NCBI RefSeq assembly: GCF_009914755.1
Contig: NC_060926.1
Length of the DNA: 64,000 nucleotides
Reading direction: 5' to 3' (one strand)
Source of the DNA: the human T2T-CHM13v2.0 reference genome, Homo sapiens
The position numbers were made by a program, and so were the translations under genes. This document shows, in pieces, positions 14,672 to 41,955 of the stretch (position 1 is the stretch's first letter; each line of letters opens with the position of its first letter). Under the pieces are notes generated by a model. The model was not told the origin of the DNA. It worked only from the letters and a program-made list of their open reading frames with translations, and made no database searches.

Positions 14672-15849
14672 TAAGACATATTCTTAAAAAAATCCTAGAT
14701 AGACTGTATAATAGCTTTGCAACCGACTCTGTGTATATACATGCATTTTTGTAGATCTGGGGGTGTATCTTCAGGGTATTAGATTCCTAGAAGTGGGGCT
14801 GGTGACTTCTAGGGATAGAAGTAAAACACATAGGTAATTTTGTGTTTAAAAATAAACACATGCCACTTCTATTGGTGTCATACTTTTTAACTTTTGCCAA
14901 TCTAATAATAGGTAGGAAATAATATTTTGGTATAGTCTTAATTATCATTTCTCTAATTATGGGTGAGGTTGAACATATTTTCACATGTTTAAGGACCATT
15001 TAAAAATCTTTTTTTGAATTATGTGTTTATGACTTTTTTCCATTTTTCTCTAGTGTTTTTGGTCTTTTTCTTACTCCTCAGTTTTAAAGTGTTCTTTATA
15101 TATTAGAGATATTAGTCTTTTTTTTCTCCCATGGCATAAATTGCAAATACTTTCTCCTGGTTTTTCAGTTGTCTTTTGACATTGTTTATGGTACTTTTTG
15201 CCATGCCAAAGATTTTTATTTTCATATAGTTAAATAAATAAATCTTTCTTTATTGTACCTGGATTTTGAGTCATAGTTAGATGACCTTTATCTATGCTGA
15301 GATTGTAAAGAAATTCACCAATGTTTTCTTTTAATACTTTTAATATTATTATTTACATTTGGATCCCTGGTCCATTTGGAATCTTTTCCAGATGGCTAAA
15401 CCAGTTGTCCCAGCATTACTTTTTGAGCAAGTTCATCTTTGCCTTAGTGATTTGAGATGTCTCCTTTATCCTATGCTAAATTAATATCTATATTCGTGCC
15501 TATTTCTGGACCTTGAATATGTATATAGCTGTGTCCCAATCAATTCTTGCACTGTACTAACTAATGCTCTAGTGCTGGGTATATGATGGGGCTGATTTCA
15601 GATAGAAAGTGGCCAGATTGTCCCCAGATTGGGTAGTGGCAACACAAGTCATTTGCCAAGTAAAGCAGTGCTGTCAAACGTGTTAGGGGATGGGGAATGA
15701 GGAGAGAAAAGGTGAGATTTAATCAGAAGAACTTCTTTTAAGCAAAAATCTCCTAAAGAGAGAGAGTGAGAGATATGATGGAGAACGTGAGCTTATTGAG
15801 CTGAAGAGAAGGCAGAAAAGGAGGTAAAAAGAAAGAACCAAATTGAAAA

Positions 15850-19700
<3,851 letters not shown>

Positions 19701-20667
19701 GGAAAAATTTTTTAAATTTCAATTTTTAAATACTTTTAGATTTTCTACTGAACTCAAAAAATTATTTAACTCAAGTTTAAAGAGAAAAATCTGCCATTTT
19801 TCTGAGACCATGGCTTCTGTTAATGAAATAAACAAATGTTTCTCTGTGTTAAAAATCTTTAGGTAATAAATACAACAGTGGTTCTAATTTAGTCTTAATG
19901 TCAGAGGGAAATGACTTTAATGCAGTTATCAAAGGCAGACACAATGAACAGCTGTGTTTTCTGGTCTATTTTCTAAGACACTGAAAGGGAGAAAATCAGT
20001 ATCTGTTCTGACAATTGCACTGAAGCATAGAAGAGGCTACCCACCCCACCCCCAGCCCTTTTTTCTGGCATTCTTTAGGAAGCAATGAATCTTTATCTTC
20101 TATGTTTGGGTTGTTAACATTTGGTGTTTCCTGAGAACACATATGGAGAAAATACCTTCCCAAAAGAGCTTGACATTGATCCCTGGCAAAGTCTAGGAGG
20201 AAATATTAAACAGATGGTTTGCGAGCACTTAGAAAGGGAACCTGATATCCTTGTGTATGACTGAGAGATGTAGACTAGTTGCCAGCATCATTAGGTTGAT
20301 TTGTAATTGGCTGAATGACTTACATACCCAGTGAGTGCAGACTGCTGTCAACCTGCACAGATGCCCTGTGGATGCCAAAGTTATTGATCTCAGTGGCTAT
20401 TTTAGTTTTGACATATTTATTACTTAGTCATTCTTCACAAAACTATTGTAAAACTTTTATTGTATGCCAATAAATACATGCAATAAAAATGTAAGCTATG
20501 AAGCATAACAACAAAAGTGAACACTCACAAATCCTTTATTTAACTTCAGATGTAGAACATCATCAATACTCCTGAGATATCTGCATGCTTTTCCCTAATC
20601 TTCTCCAGAAATCTTGCCACGTTGACTTTTATTTTTATAATTTCTTTCTTTTTAAAAGTAGTTTTGT

Positions 20668-20951
20668 AGCTGGATGCGCTGGCTCACACCTGTAATCCCA
20701 GCACTTTGGGAGGCCAAGGTGGACAGATCACTTGAGGTCAGGAGTTCAAGACCAGCCTGGCCAACATGGTGAAACCCTGTCTCTACTCAAAATACAAAAA
20801 TTAGCTGGGTGTGGTGGTGTGCACCTGTAATCCCAGCTACTCAGGAGGCTGAGGCAGGAGCATGGCTCGAGCCTGGGAGGCGGAGGTTGTGGTGAGCCGA
20901 GACTGCGCCACCGCACTCCAGCCTGGGTGACAGATCGAGACTCCATGTCAA

Positions 20952-20980
<29 letters not shown>
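20668..20980 (+). mobile_element. AluS with (TAAA)n tail
   Basis: Alu dimer, TSD aaaagtagttttgt. Confidence 0.9.
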
Positions 20981-20982
<2 letters not shown>

Positions 20983-21189
20983 AAGTAGTTTTGTTACTTT
21001 AAATAACACTTTATAATTTTAGTTTTGAGCTTTATAAATAAGTATCATATAGTATACACCTCTATCTGCTTTTTTCTCAATATTGAAAAGATGCATTCAC
21101 ATTGTTATTTACAGCTGTGGACCATTCATTTTCAAAAATGTATGATATTCCACCAAACATTCCTTGTAATATTTATTCTGTATATCAAC

Positions 21190-22632
<1,443 letters not shown>

Positions 22633-25600
22633 TGAACTGTTGATCTCTATTGTTCTTTTCAACTGAAGCAGTATAGAGAAGAGTTAAGCATGGGGCCATT
22701 GGAGCACACTACTTGGATGTGAATCCTTTTCTATCTCAACTGAAAAACCCTGGGAAAGTTATTATAGACAAGAAAATATGCCTTAGTTTTTTCATCTAGA
22801 TAAACAAGGATTAAATAAGATAATATGTAGAAACTATTTAGAACAGAAAGTATTTGAACAGTAAGTATTCAGTAAAATGTTGCCGTAATTATGACCTAAA
22901 AACAAATGTTAGAATATTAAGAGACTGGCTTTAGTTCACATATCTTTTCCTCAAGGCTCAGAATTTATTTAAAAACAAAGCTAGCAGCATTATTCCCATG
23001 ATTTATGGCTCTTCTATGGGGTTAACATTGGTTGCTAGAATTGGCAGGTTCTCCTCTATCCTAAATTTATGATGAAGATCCAGCATTAGGGATCTGTTCT
23101 AGGGTTGTAGGGTTGGCTTATATGTAAAGAGGGCATTTAGGGACAAAGAAAGCATCTGGCTTTCCCTGTGAGAGGTATGTATCTTCTTATCTCTATTTCT
23201 TGAACAGACAGTTCCTAGTTCTCCTTCAAGAGGAAAAGAGGAAAGAGGAACAAAATAGAGAATGAACAGAAAAGAAAGGCTATGAGAACTATGGAAAAAG
23301 TTTTATAATATTATGTTACATGAAAACAAAAAATTATATACATGAATTATAACTATGTAACATAAACATGAGTGAACAACTGAGCAGCAATGTGCAAAAA
23401 TAAAAGTGCAATGGGGTGGTGAAATGAGAAATTTTACATTAAAAATTATAGTCTTATATTCTTAATAAATACGAATTATTAGAGCTTGAAATTTTCTCAG
23501 TAAAAGGCATATATAAGAAGGACTTCTACTACTATTAATATCAGTAGATGACATTTATTTGTTTGTGCCAGGCACTGTTATAAGTGCTTTCTTTCCATGC
23601 AAGTTGTATTTAATCATCACAAAAACCCCATAAAGTAGCTATTATTTTACAAATGAGCTTTATAAAACAAGCTATTTTATAAAGCCCTATTTTATAAATG
23701 AGAAATTTGTGGAATAAAGAGTTAAATTAACTTGTTCAAGGTTACATAGTTCTAGACTAAAATGTAAAAACCCAAAAGGATAGTTAAATAAATGATGATT
23801 AATTCATACATTGGAATACTTCATAGCTATGAAAAGGGAGGTGTTAGATCTCTATGTGCCAATACGGAAAAAATCCTAGATAAATAGCTAAATGAAAAAA
23901 AAGCAGAGCAGTTGGTATGGTATAGTCTCATTTTTTGTCAAAGTAAATAATATCAATAATAATATTACATGTATATCAGTATACATGCATGTGTAAGGAG
24001 GGCAATTCAGTAGAATGTGTCTTACAATGTTGATGGTAGTTATCTCTGGAGGCTGGAATTTGGGGTCATTTTGAACTGTCTCTATTATGCCTCTATAATG
24101 TTTACATTTGTATAATGCATAATAAAAAATTTTAAAATAGCCAGGCAAAAGCTACTACAAACAGCACTGGACAGGATCTTTCAGCAAAATTTTAAAGAAT
24201 AAAATGAAAAAGACCAGGAACATATTAAAGGAAGTCCCATTTATACAGTTAGAAGAAAATATATAATAGGCTATATGGTTAAAATTTATAGAAAACCTTA
24301 ACTAATGTGAATGTAATTTAAAGCTAACCTTTTCATATTAGATCCTGTAAAAGAACTTTCTAAGATGTGAGTCTACTTTCTTAATTTCTAAATTCATTCT
24401 TTTACAGTGATCCTGGATCTTGCAGGGTCCTTAAGTCATTTTTGTGATAATTAGCTTTCACTGTGCAGAACTGTACTAAAGTAGGCAGCATTTAGACTGA
24501 TTGAAGGACACATTCTCATTTTATAAATGAATCTGCAATATCAACATTTGCTTTTGATGTATTTCTCTCTGAAAAGTGGACTATAGATAATTTGTATTTA
24601 ATTGATGATCATGGCTATTGGAGTAAAAGAATTATAACTAGATTTAAGAAGTGTTTGAATCAATTTATGATATTCATGAGTTATCGAGGGAAGTTATGGC
24701 TGTTTGGGACATATCCCTAACTATTTTAGCCGATGTCACAGAGGTTGACCCCAATCACTCACACAAATCATTTGTTTTTTTTTCAATCATTCATTTGTTT
24801 TGTCAAAAAACATTTATTGAGAATCTACTGTGTGCCAAGTGGAGTGATAATCGTTAGTGATAGAAAGATATATAAGACACAGTCTTAGTTCCAGGTAACT
24901 GACAGTTCACTTGAGACCTGGCCATTAAAAACAAATCTCAGAAATATAACAAACCATCCATATACAAAAATTTTCAAAAATATTAATAATAAGTATAGCT
25001 AACTTTTATAGAGAACTTACATGATCTCATTTAATTCCCACAACTACTGCATGGAGTAGGAATTAATAACTAAGGCTTAGTGAGGCTAAATACCTTGCCT
25101 AAAGTTGCATAGCTAGAAAGTTATAGAAACTGCAATTTAGACTTGGGCAACCTAATTTTGGAGCACACATCCTTCTGAGAATGAGAGAAGCTGCTGTTGC
25201 CAATGTCTTGATAACAACACCAAGATGAAGTAAAACACTAAGGGAATAAAACAATTAATTATGAGGAAAGCACAGGCAAACTAGGAAGATTTTGAGCAAT
25301 GAGTCATATACACTTAACCCACAAAGAGGAATTACAAGCGATTTATGGAAGGATGCATTATTCAGAAGCAAATGGGAAGTTACTGGAAGAGTCATCAGCA
25401 CTGACACAGGTAGAAAGCTGCTTTCCTGCATTTAAAAGCTGTTCTATACAATGCTAGCCACTAACTATTCTAAAGAAAGGCATCAGGCAGCCTTAGTGTA
25501 CTCTAAGCTCTATGCAATTAGAGACATAACAAGTTCTTTCTGGTGACAGTCACAGAAGGCAGAAAAGAACATAGTCCATGCCTGATCTGTCACTGGCCAA

Positions 25601-26898
25601 AGAGAGAAAAAGAGCTTCTCTCTCACAGATTCATTTTGAGAACCCAATGAGAAGGGCTCTGACTGGTGGCCTAGGGAACTATGATTGCCTCAACCTGGGT
25701 CATGACCCATTCTGTGACCAGGAAGGTGGAGGTGTTACCAGAGAAAGGGGATATAGAGGATGCTAGGCAGACCAAGAGTAGCCTCCATGGGTATCAAAGT
25801 CATTGATTCACTCAACAAATATATACTGATAATGTAGGATATACACCAGGACACAGAAATGAGTAAGACAAGTTTCTAATGCCAAGGTGCTTACAGTTTA
25901 ATGCAGAGGGAAAAGATATCAAGTAGTTTACAATTTAGGCGAGAAGACACAATTATTGCACAATAAAGCAATGGTGAACGATTCTACATGCTATATAATT
26001 AAGTGCTAAATTACGTGGTAGAGACCACAAGTGATGTCGTTGTTCTAAGAAGAAGTGATGTGGTTGTTCTAAGAAGAGGAAAATGAATACAGTAGTAATG
26101 AACCTGAATTAGGATTTAAGGAATGAGTAGGGTTTGGCTGGAAGAGAATAGAGGAAGGAATTCAGAGAGAAGAAGAGGGAATTTAGAGGAAAAGACTGCT
26201 ATGAGTACAGGGATGGAGATAGAAAGGACAGTCAGTGAAGAGACAGGAGGACACACAGTGAGAGCTCACAAATCACATGGCTAAGGCTGGTTGCCTTCCC
26301 TCCCCTGCCAGAACAATGTTAGTGGCTGCATGATGGTGGAAGGATCCACATGTGTCAGAATCTGACAGGAACCACACCCTTAGTAACCAACCCTCCCTCC
26401 TACCTAATTAGAGGGAGGTGAGATGGGAGGGGGAGGAAGAGTGAAGTCATCTGCACGCGACCAGAAAGAAATCGATGGTATCAGAACAGTGGCCACTTCC
26501 ATGTATGCATAACCATGAAAAAGGCCAGTACAGCCCAAAAGGACTGCAGGAGGGTGAACTGTAACTTGAATGTTGGATGAATTAAAACTGGTCCCAAAGC
26601 CCTTGAACTCCATAATTTGGAGATCTCCACTTGACTTCCTGACTAAAATATTTTCATACATTTCCACTGCCTTAGAATGAAATCCAAATGTTTTAGCATG
26701 GTATAGATGGCCATTTCCATCTAACCCTTGCCTACCTTTATGCCTCACTCCCACCTCTGCCTGACAGGCTCTGGTGTAGGGAAGCATGGGCATTTCTCAA
26801 AAGTTGGGCATATCTTGCTTCTCATGTCTCTGGGTCTCCTTTTTGAGTGGCCCTTTTCCTTTTCCTCTGCTTAGCTAATTCCTACTTGTCTTCCAAGC

Positions 26899-27243
26899 CA
26901 GTGGTCCCCAAACTTTTTGGCATGACGGGCTGGTTTCATGGAAGACAATTTTTCCACAGATGTGTGGTTGGAATGGTTTTGGGATGAAACTGTTCCACCT
27001 CTGCTCATCAGGGGTTAGATTCTCATATAAGGAGTGCACAATCTAGATCCCTCACATGCACAGTTCACAATAGGGTTTGCTCTCCTATAAGGATCTAATG
27101 CCACAGCTGATCTGACAGGAGGTGGAGCTCAGGCAGTAATGCTCACTTGCCACCACCCTTCCCTCCCCTCCTGCTGTGTGATCACCAGTTCCTAACAGGC
27201 CACAGATGGTACCAGTCCATGGCCCGGGGGTTGGAGATCCCTG
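26899..27243 (+). mobile_element. MER1B-like hAT/Charlie element
   Basis: cagtggtcccc...ggggttggagatccctg termini; closely similar to 445-743. Confidence 0.82.
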
Positions 27244-27850
27244 CTCTAAGACACAGTTTGAGTATTTCTTCTTTTAGGAAGTGTAGGATTGTGGGTAACT
27301 TAGATTTACTTATTTGTGCTTATTTGCATTTTTAATTTGTTTGTAATAAACATGAATATTTTTCAGTACGTAAATATCAAGGAAAATGTCATTAAGGTAC
27401 AGAGTGACTGGAACAAGGGGAAAGATCACTACGTAGGACCACTCCACACTTTCTCTCCAAAAAAATCCTAGGAGATAATTCAAGAATAAAAGTCTGGCCA
27501 GGCATGGTAGCTCACACCTGTAATCCCAGCACTTTGGGAGGCCGAGGCGGGTGGATCACCTAAGGTCAGTTCGAGACCAGCCTGGCTAACATGGTGAAAG
27601 AAAGTCAAAACTAGACTTTTTTTTTTCCCCATGGGGTTAGCAAAAATAAAAAAACAAACAAACAAGGATAATTCCTACTAGGAAAGTCTTATTTACTATT
27701 GGTGGAAGTATGAATTGGTATGATCTTTTTGGAGAGTTTTTTGGCAATAACTGTCAAAAATGCATATACTGTTTTACCTCCTAGTAACTTTATTTCTAGG
27801 AATTTATTCCACAGAAAACATCCTCACAAATGCACAGTTATACACATAAA

Positions 27851-28913
<1,063 letters not shown>

Positions 28914-29455
28914 CATATGAGTCTGTTCATACAGCACTGTTTATAATACTAAAATGTAATAAACCAAATTGTTTACATTAGTGATTAAACAAATTATGGT
29001 AAAACAACACAATACAAAGCCATTAAAAAACGAGTCTGATCTATAAACACTGACACAGCTGTCCAACACACATGAACAAAGGTTTCAGTAAATTAGTTGT
29101 GTATGTGTATATATGTATCTATAAAATATTGAGTGTTAATTAAAATATTAAGAGAGTGTGTGTGTGTGCATATATATATATATATAAAAGAATGTTAGAA
29201 GGGATAGCCCAATCCCTTCAAAGTGATTAGGGGAGAAAGGAATTTTTACTTTTCATACCCATAAAATTTTAGTTTTCATTATTAGGATATATTGTTTCTG
29301 AAATAAAATGATTATTAAAAAATTCAACTCCAACATCTAGAAACATCTGTCTGAACCTCAGTGAAATCTGCTGGCTTCTTTTATCATTTAAGAACACAAA
29401 AAGACCATGGAAAATAATCTTTCTGACTTGTAAAAGACTGCTCATTAAGATTCTT

Positions 29456-29575
29456 TTTTTAAAATTTTATTATTATTATATTTTAAGTTTTAGGGTACAT
29501 GTGCACAACGTGCAGGTTTGTTACATATGTATACATGTGCCATGTTGGTGTGCTGCACCCATTAACTCATCATTT
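29456..29575 (-). mobile_element. Very short L1PA 3' end
   Basis: ttttaagttttagggtacatgtgcacaacgtgcaggtttg. TSD tcattaa(g/a)attctt at 29442-29455 and 29576-29589. Confidence 0.88.
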
Positions 29576-29622
29576 TCATTAAAATTCTTACAATTCTTTT
29601 TACCTTGTTAAAAAATTCTTAC

Positions 29623-29791
29623 CATCATTGCTGGTATCCTCAACAGGAGACGCTGAGTCCACGTGCTCTAGGATTCCCTTTGTGACCTCAACGACCTGAA
29701 ACCTCCTGACTCTGGCTAGGTCTGTATCTTTCAACCCTTCCTCCAACTGTTTGACCACCTCTTTTCCAGGCTGAGAAGTCAGAATAGTAAT
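29623..29791 (-). CDS. M1AP: M1AP coding exon, codons 143-199
   Basis: ITILTSQPGKEVVKQLEEGLKDTDLARVRRFQVVEV...VEDTSND. Acceptor atttattttcAG (29792-29793), donor ATG|GTAAGA (29621-29622). 169 nt, phase 0-1. Confidence 0.96.
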
Positions 29792-30048
29792 CTGAAAATA
29801 AATCCAAGAATCAATGTGTCTATTCTCCCTGATGTACAGAGTGAGGAACATAACAGTTCCTACCCGGAGGATAAATACAGCATAAGTCTGTGGTGGTGGC
29901 TATTATGTTTAGTGCAAAAAGGATTTGGCTGTAACTTAAAATCAAATTTTATCTGACAGATTCTTGTGGGACAGGTTATCACAGGACCTTTCCAATCAGG
30001 CTGAGCTGACCCTAGAAAGTGACTGGAGAAACCATATGTATGTTTTAG

Positions 30049-30459
<411 letters not shown>

Positions 30460-30474
30460 TTAAAGCACTATTAT

Positions 30475-36940
<6,466 letters not shown>

Positions 36941-37535
36941 CAATCCCACACGATTATTTTTTGTCCTGTCTGTTTGATCCCTGAGGTTACAAGAGACCGA
37001 AACTGTCTTAACTCACACTTACTCATGTACCCAATGGAGTATCCAGCCATGCCCTTATTTATATTTTTAAGATTGGCTCAGTCTGGCACTCTTGTATTTG
37101 CACACTTGCTAATCCCGAGAAAAGTTCCTCAATTTGATGCCAAGATTTGATTAAAAACAACTGTAAATTCCTAAGAGTACCAAGGTAAATATAAATACAG
37201 CTACCAATGTAGGCAGTTTAACATTTTCTTTACAACTTCCAAAAATCCAGAGGCAGATGGCATATTCAGATTTTATTTTTATTTCAGTTTTTCCTCATAA
37301 TTCACTTCAGTCTGTATTTTTAGAGCTCTTCTCTATAACTATCTCTACATTAAGAACTGTACAGGTTATAGGAAGAAGAGAAACATGTCCTCTGCCTGTA
37401 GGGAGCTGAAAATCTTGCTTTGAATATTACATCTAGAGTGAATGAAAGATAGAACAATGTAAAGATGATAAACAATGACCTATATGGACTGAAATCGGAA
37501 CACAGCTTGGAGTCCTAAAGGCCAGCATCACTTAC

Positions 37536-37721
37536 CTCCAGGGAGGTATAGGTCAGAGCTGCCCTTGTGGTCACATGTCTGCTGTATTGTTTGAATTGCT
37601 GGAGCCCATCCTCTACTGCCAGCCGCAGAGAAGCACCTTGTGATCTGAAACACCCTTCTCTCTGTAACATGCGGAGTTCTGAGATGCAGGTCTGCAACCT
37701 AGCAAAGTTCCCTTTCACTTG
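37536..37721 (-). CDS. M1AP: M1AP coding exon, codons 81-142
   Basis: QVKGNFARLQTCISELRMLQREG...AALTYTSLE. Acceptor tttttctctgcAG (37722-37723), donor GAG|GTAAGT (37534-37535). 186 nt, phase 0-0, in frame with the previous exon. Confidence 0.96.
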
Positions 37722-39981
37722 CTGCAGAGAAAAACGAATCAAAGACACAAGTCTTTAGGGACCAGGTTTCAGATTAATTGGCAGTCTAAATTTATTATAA
37801 ATAATTCCTCAGAAGTTCCTTCCCTTCCTGAAAATTTATTTGACCAACATCTACTGAATTCCTATTGTGTTCTAGCCACTGCACCAAAATCTTCCCTACA
37901 CTAGCAGAAGGAAAATTTGCAGCCATAAAGGTTTTGATTACTTAGAGTTACCAGAAACATGAAAGGAAGTGTTTTAACTCATTCACTCACACAAAGGGAA
38001 ATCCAGTTGTGTGACTGCTTAGTTTTACTTTGGGGTGACCTGCAAACTGGAGGCCAGACAGTGTTCACCTTAGACATCATCTTCATTTCTTAGTCAGTCT
38101 AGGCACCAAAAGCTTCTCTACTTAAAAATGAGGTTTTCCCAGAAGTGAGAATTTTGATGTGGTTGATCACTTCAGAATTCATACGTCCTATCTAATACGC
38201 TCTTTAGGATAACTTCAGTAAAGAAGAGATATTTGGGTTAGTCTGCAGTCAGCTTAAGGAGCCAACATGTTAAACCGAGACAAGCGACCTTTTGGTTCTC
38301 CTCATCTACCTTTATAAAAACTTGCTCTTAGGAGTCAACTAATTTAATCTGATACTAGGTCAATGTTACTTCTCCTAAGGATATATGCATTTTGATAAAT
38401 GTGGACTGAAGATTTGTGACATCATTTGAAGGGATTCCATGCATCAATAGCAGGTGGGGGGTGGGGAAGAATTATATTTTGGGATGGGGACACCTTCCTG
38501 ACCATAGAGCAGAACTGAGTGATATCTGTAATGCACATAAAATCCATGAGCATGAGCTGTAAACCTGCCAGAATACAAAGACTGCTTAAGTCAACACCTT
38601 CCTGGGCTTAGCTCCACAGTTGATATATTCTTCTCTCCCCAAGTCTTTGGGGTAAAAACACAAGGAATTGCATATAATTCTTACACAAAGAAAACTTGTA
38701 ATCTAGAAAGGAAAATAAGAAAACTATCCGAGAAAGAAATTAGAAGAAATCACACCACAGGTGTAGCCTAGTAGGCTTTAAGCATTTCTTCTCATGTACC
38801 CACTAAAAGAATCTGAGAAACAATGTACCCCCTTATGCATTTTTAAGTGAACATCTATATTTTAAAATTCCAACTTTATAAGTGGTTGCTAACGATGTAA
38901 CTTCCTGCATATTTTAAATATCAACATTTAAAAATAAAACTATAATATAACTCTTCAAAACAGTCCAATTGAATCTAAATGCCATGGTGATTTGATACTC
39001 ACCATTATTCAGTGTTAAAAGTACATGAACAAGCTCTTTTTTTCCCAAGAGATAGAAATTTAGATTGTTCCTTTTTCTCCTTGAACTCATATTTCCATTT
39101 CACTTTCCCTGAGAGTTTTATCATAATGTAAAAGAATTTTTATGCTTGGCAACCTTTTATTGATCATCCCATCATACTTCTCTGCATCTAAAACAGCTAT
39201 ATTTTGCAAGAGTTCTAAGTTTCCTATGAGCATAGGCTCTAAGGGGCACTCTAGATTGAGTTATTATTAGAATTATCATTCATATACAATTTATTAAAAC
39301 AACATGTATATACAAATTTTGAGAAATAATTATTGGCATTAAGCATAGCTTTAATTGGAAATGTTTCTCTTAATAATTGGAAATATTCCTCTTAATGGCA
39401 TGGACAAGCTGGGCTCTTCTTTCAATTAGCTCAGGTTTGTGTGAATAAATAAAATAATTACTGATCGAATGACACAACATTCAGTATCAATTTTTATTCC
39501 TATTTTATTTATTTGGTGGCCAACATGGGTTGAGTTTATTGCATCATTATAAACAGAGAAAAATCTTGTTTTCTCTTGACCAGATACCCAAAAGGCTATA
39601 AAAGAAATGTAACTTAACTCCAATTTGAGAATATGTACTAAAAATTTTAAGCCTCACCTTGGTATTTTAAAAGACTAAATGTGATACCCTACAAGGCATT
39701 TTGATGTCACAAATTCATTCTATTACATTTTATATACAAAAATGCTACACCATTGTTCTAATTATGTGTCTGCAGTTGTACTACAACTATAGGACAGACA
39801 CAGAATGATTCAAAATAGCTGGAATCTAAGCCTTACTTCTCAGTGATCAGGGCAGTCCAGCCTGGTGATGTCATATAGGGTGTCATTAGATGACACCCAG
39901 AACCAGCCACAACTTCGGACTAAGCTTGTTTGTGTCTACAATTGTGATGACATATTACTATGGATTTAACAATAAAAATTC

Positions 39982-40258
39982 CAAGCTAACGCAGGAACAG
40001 AAAACCAAATACTGCATGTTCTGACTTATAAGTGCGAGCTAAATGATGAGAACACATGGACACATAAAAAGGGACAACACACACTGGGGCCTGTCAGAGG
40101 GTGGAGTGTGGGAGGAGGGAGAGGATCAGAAAAAATAACTAATGGGTAGTAGGCTTAATACCTGGATGATGAAATAATCTGTACAACAAACCCCCATGAC
40201 ACAAGTTTACTTATGTACCTGCACATGCACCCTTGAACTTAAAATAAAAGTTAAAAAA
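39982..40258 (+). mobile_element. L1PA 3' end (older primate subfamily) inserted in the TOR1B pseudogene 3'UTR
   Basis: caggaacagaaaaccaaatactgcatgttc...ccttgaacttaaaataaaagttaaaaaaa. Short TSD aaaaattc. Confidence 0.88.
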
Positions 40259-41955
40259 ATTCATACCATTTGTTTTAAGAGTGTCTGGGAAAAAATAAGC
40301 AATTATTCCATTTTGTGCCCTTCTCATGTTTTAAAATAAGCAATGTTCTATATTTCTATTATCGAAGGTTCAGAAGTAAAAACATTATAATAAATATACA
40401 AATCCTTGAAAACTCTTAGCATTTCTAGTGTTTAATACTCCCACTTCTTTGGCAATGCCGAATCTGCAAACTGACTGCTTAGTCTGTGCACATGTCAACT
40501 ATGGAGAATGTGCATGTCCTGTGAATTTCAAATGGTTCTCTGGAGTAAAGCAAGAGATTGACCCATATTTTAAAGGTAACAGCAAACGTTTAACCTTAGG
40601 AACCAAGGACTCAAATTTGAAGCTACAGTCTTATTCTGATTAGCTTCTATGATGATATGGTTGGGGGGAATTTAGTAGCAAGTGAAGGTCAGGAGAAGAT
40701 GTGGTACAAGGAAGGCAAGTGGGTAAGTGATATCAAGTGAGAGATGGGTGAAGGAATTCCATGATCACAGATGTAATCAGCAGCCACAGCAATGGACCTG
40801 TCTGCCCTGCTCTGCAGAGACCTCAGATGGAGCTCCCACCCCACATGCAGACAGTTCACCCCAGGCCAAGAGTGCTCAGCGTGCAGGGCCATGTCCTCCC
40901 ACCAGACACCACCTGTACCTGTCAAGTGCCACCAATTTAAACTGAAAATACAAGTCAGTGAACCCTCTCTGTGTGAAGAAAAAGAAACAGCAGAAGAATG
41001 TTTTTAGCAGGTGAAAACCTAATGCTCTTCAGACTGTAGCAGGGCCCTTGAACCCCTTCAGTCACAACAGTAGCTTCTGAGGTGTGGGTGTTGTGGGTCA
41101 GAAACAATCCTCGATCCTCAGGCCTCCCTTGCACAGCTGTTTCCAGGCACTTCTGTCAAAGTCAGCAACAATAAGTGTGAAGGGGATTTTATAGTTTATC
41201 TTTAACTGCAATTAACAGCTGGATTGATGTCATGTTGCAAAATGACAAGTGCACTTGACAGATTAGTGTCTTTTCAAAAACCAATTCTTAGAAACTTCTA
41301 TATCCCGAAAGTTCACAGGTGCAAATGTGCCAAACCCCAAAGAAGTCTTCAAAATGCCTCTGAAAGGCAAGGTCCCTCGTGTGCTGAGCCTCCCAAATCC
41401 CTCTTATCCCATCTGGTTAAGAGCTCAGTGGAAATCTAGCTGTCATTGTTCAGTCTTACAGCTCTTGACTGAGTAGATTTTCTTGTCTTTGGGGAAAAGC
41501 GTCATTTCCTCTGCCACTCTTGTGACAATGTCTTCATCTATAGCAGAACCATGGGCCCTCATCTCTGCCTTCATGCATATTTTCACGTCTGTACTTCATC
41601 GGCAGGAAAAAGGTAAAGTAATTGATTAAGGTTTTGTTGATCAGTCCATTGCACCACAGACCACTGTGCTTATTATTGAAGACTATCAGACGGCACAGGT
41701 TCCAGGTCCTTCAGCTAAATGTCTTCCCTCCTTCCTCCTACCCACCAAAAGTCAAGAGCTATCTCAGTTATGAGGTCCCTGTCTATGTTTCTGGGAAAGA
41801 TGAAGATGGCTTTTTGGTAAAAACCTTTTTGTAGTGGTCTAGAAACAGACTGATTGTGTTGACAACCCTGGGGGTGGAATTTATGCATCTTGTCAAATAT
41901 GAAAATAGCTGGAATATGCACTCACATTACCATGAATCCACTTCTGTAACTGGTC

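Noticed and set aside
26030-26077. 24-bp tandem duplication; similar short duplications at ~10611-10642, ~188-243 and ~39352-39396
   Set aside because: Only two copies with no spacers: ordinary slippage duplications, not CRISPR-like or other arrays.
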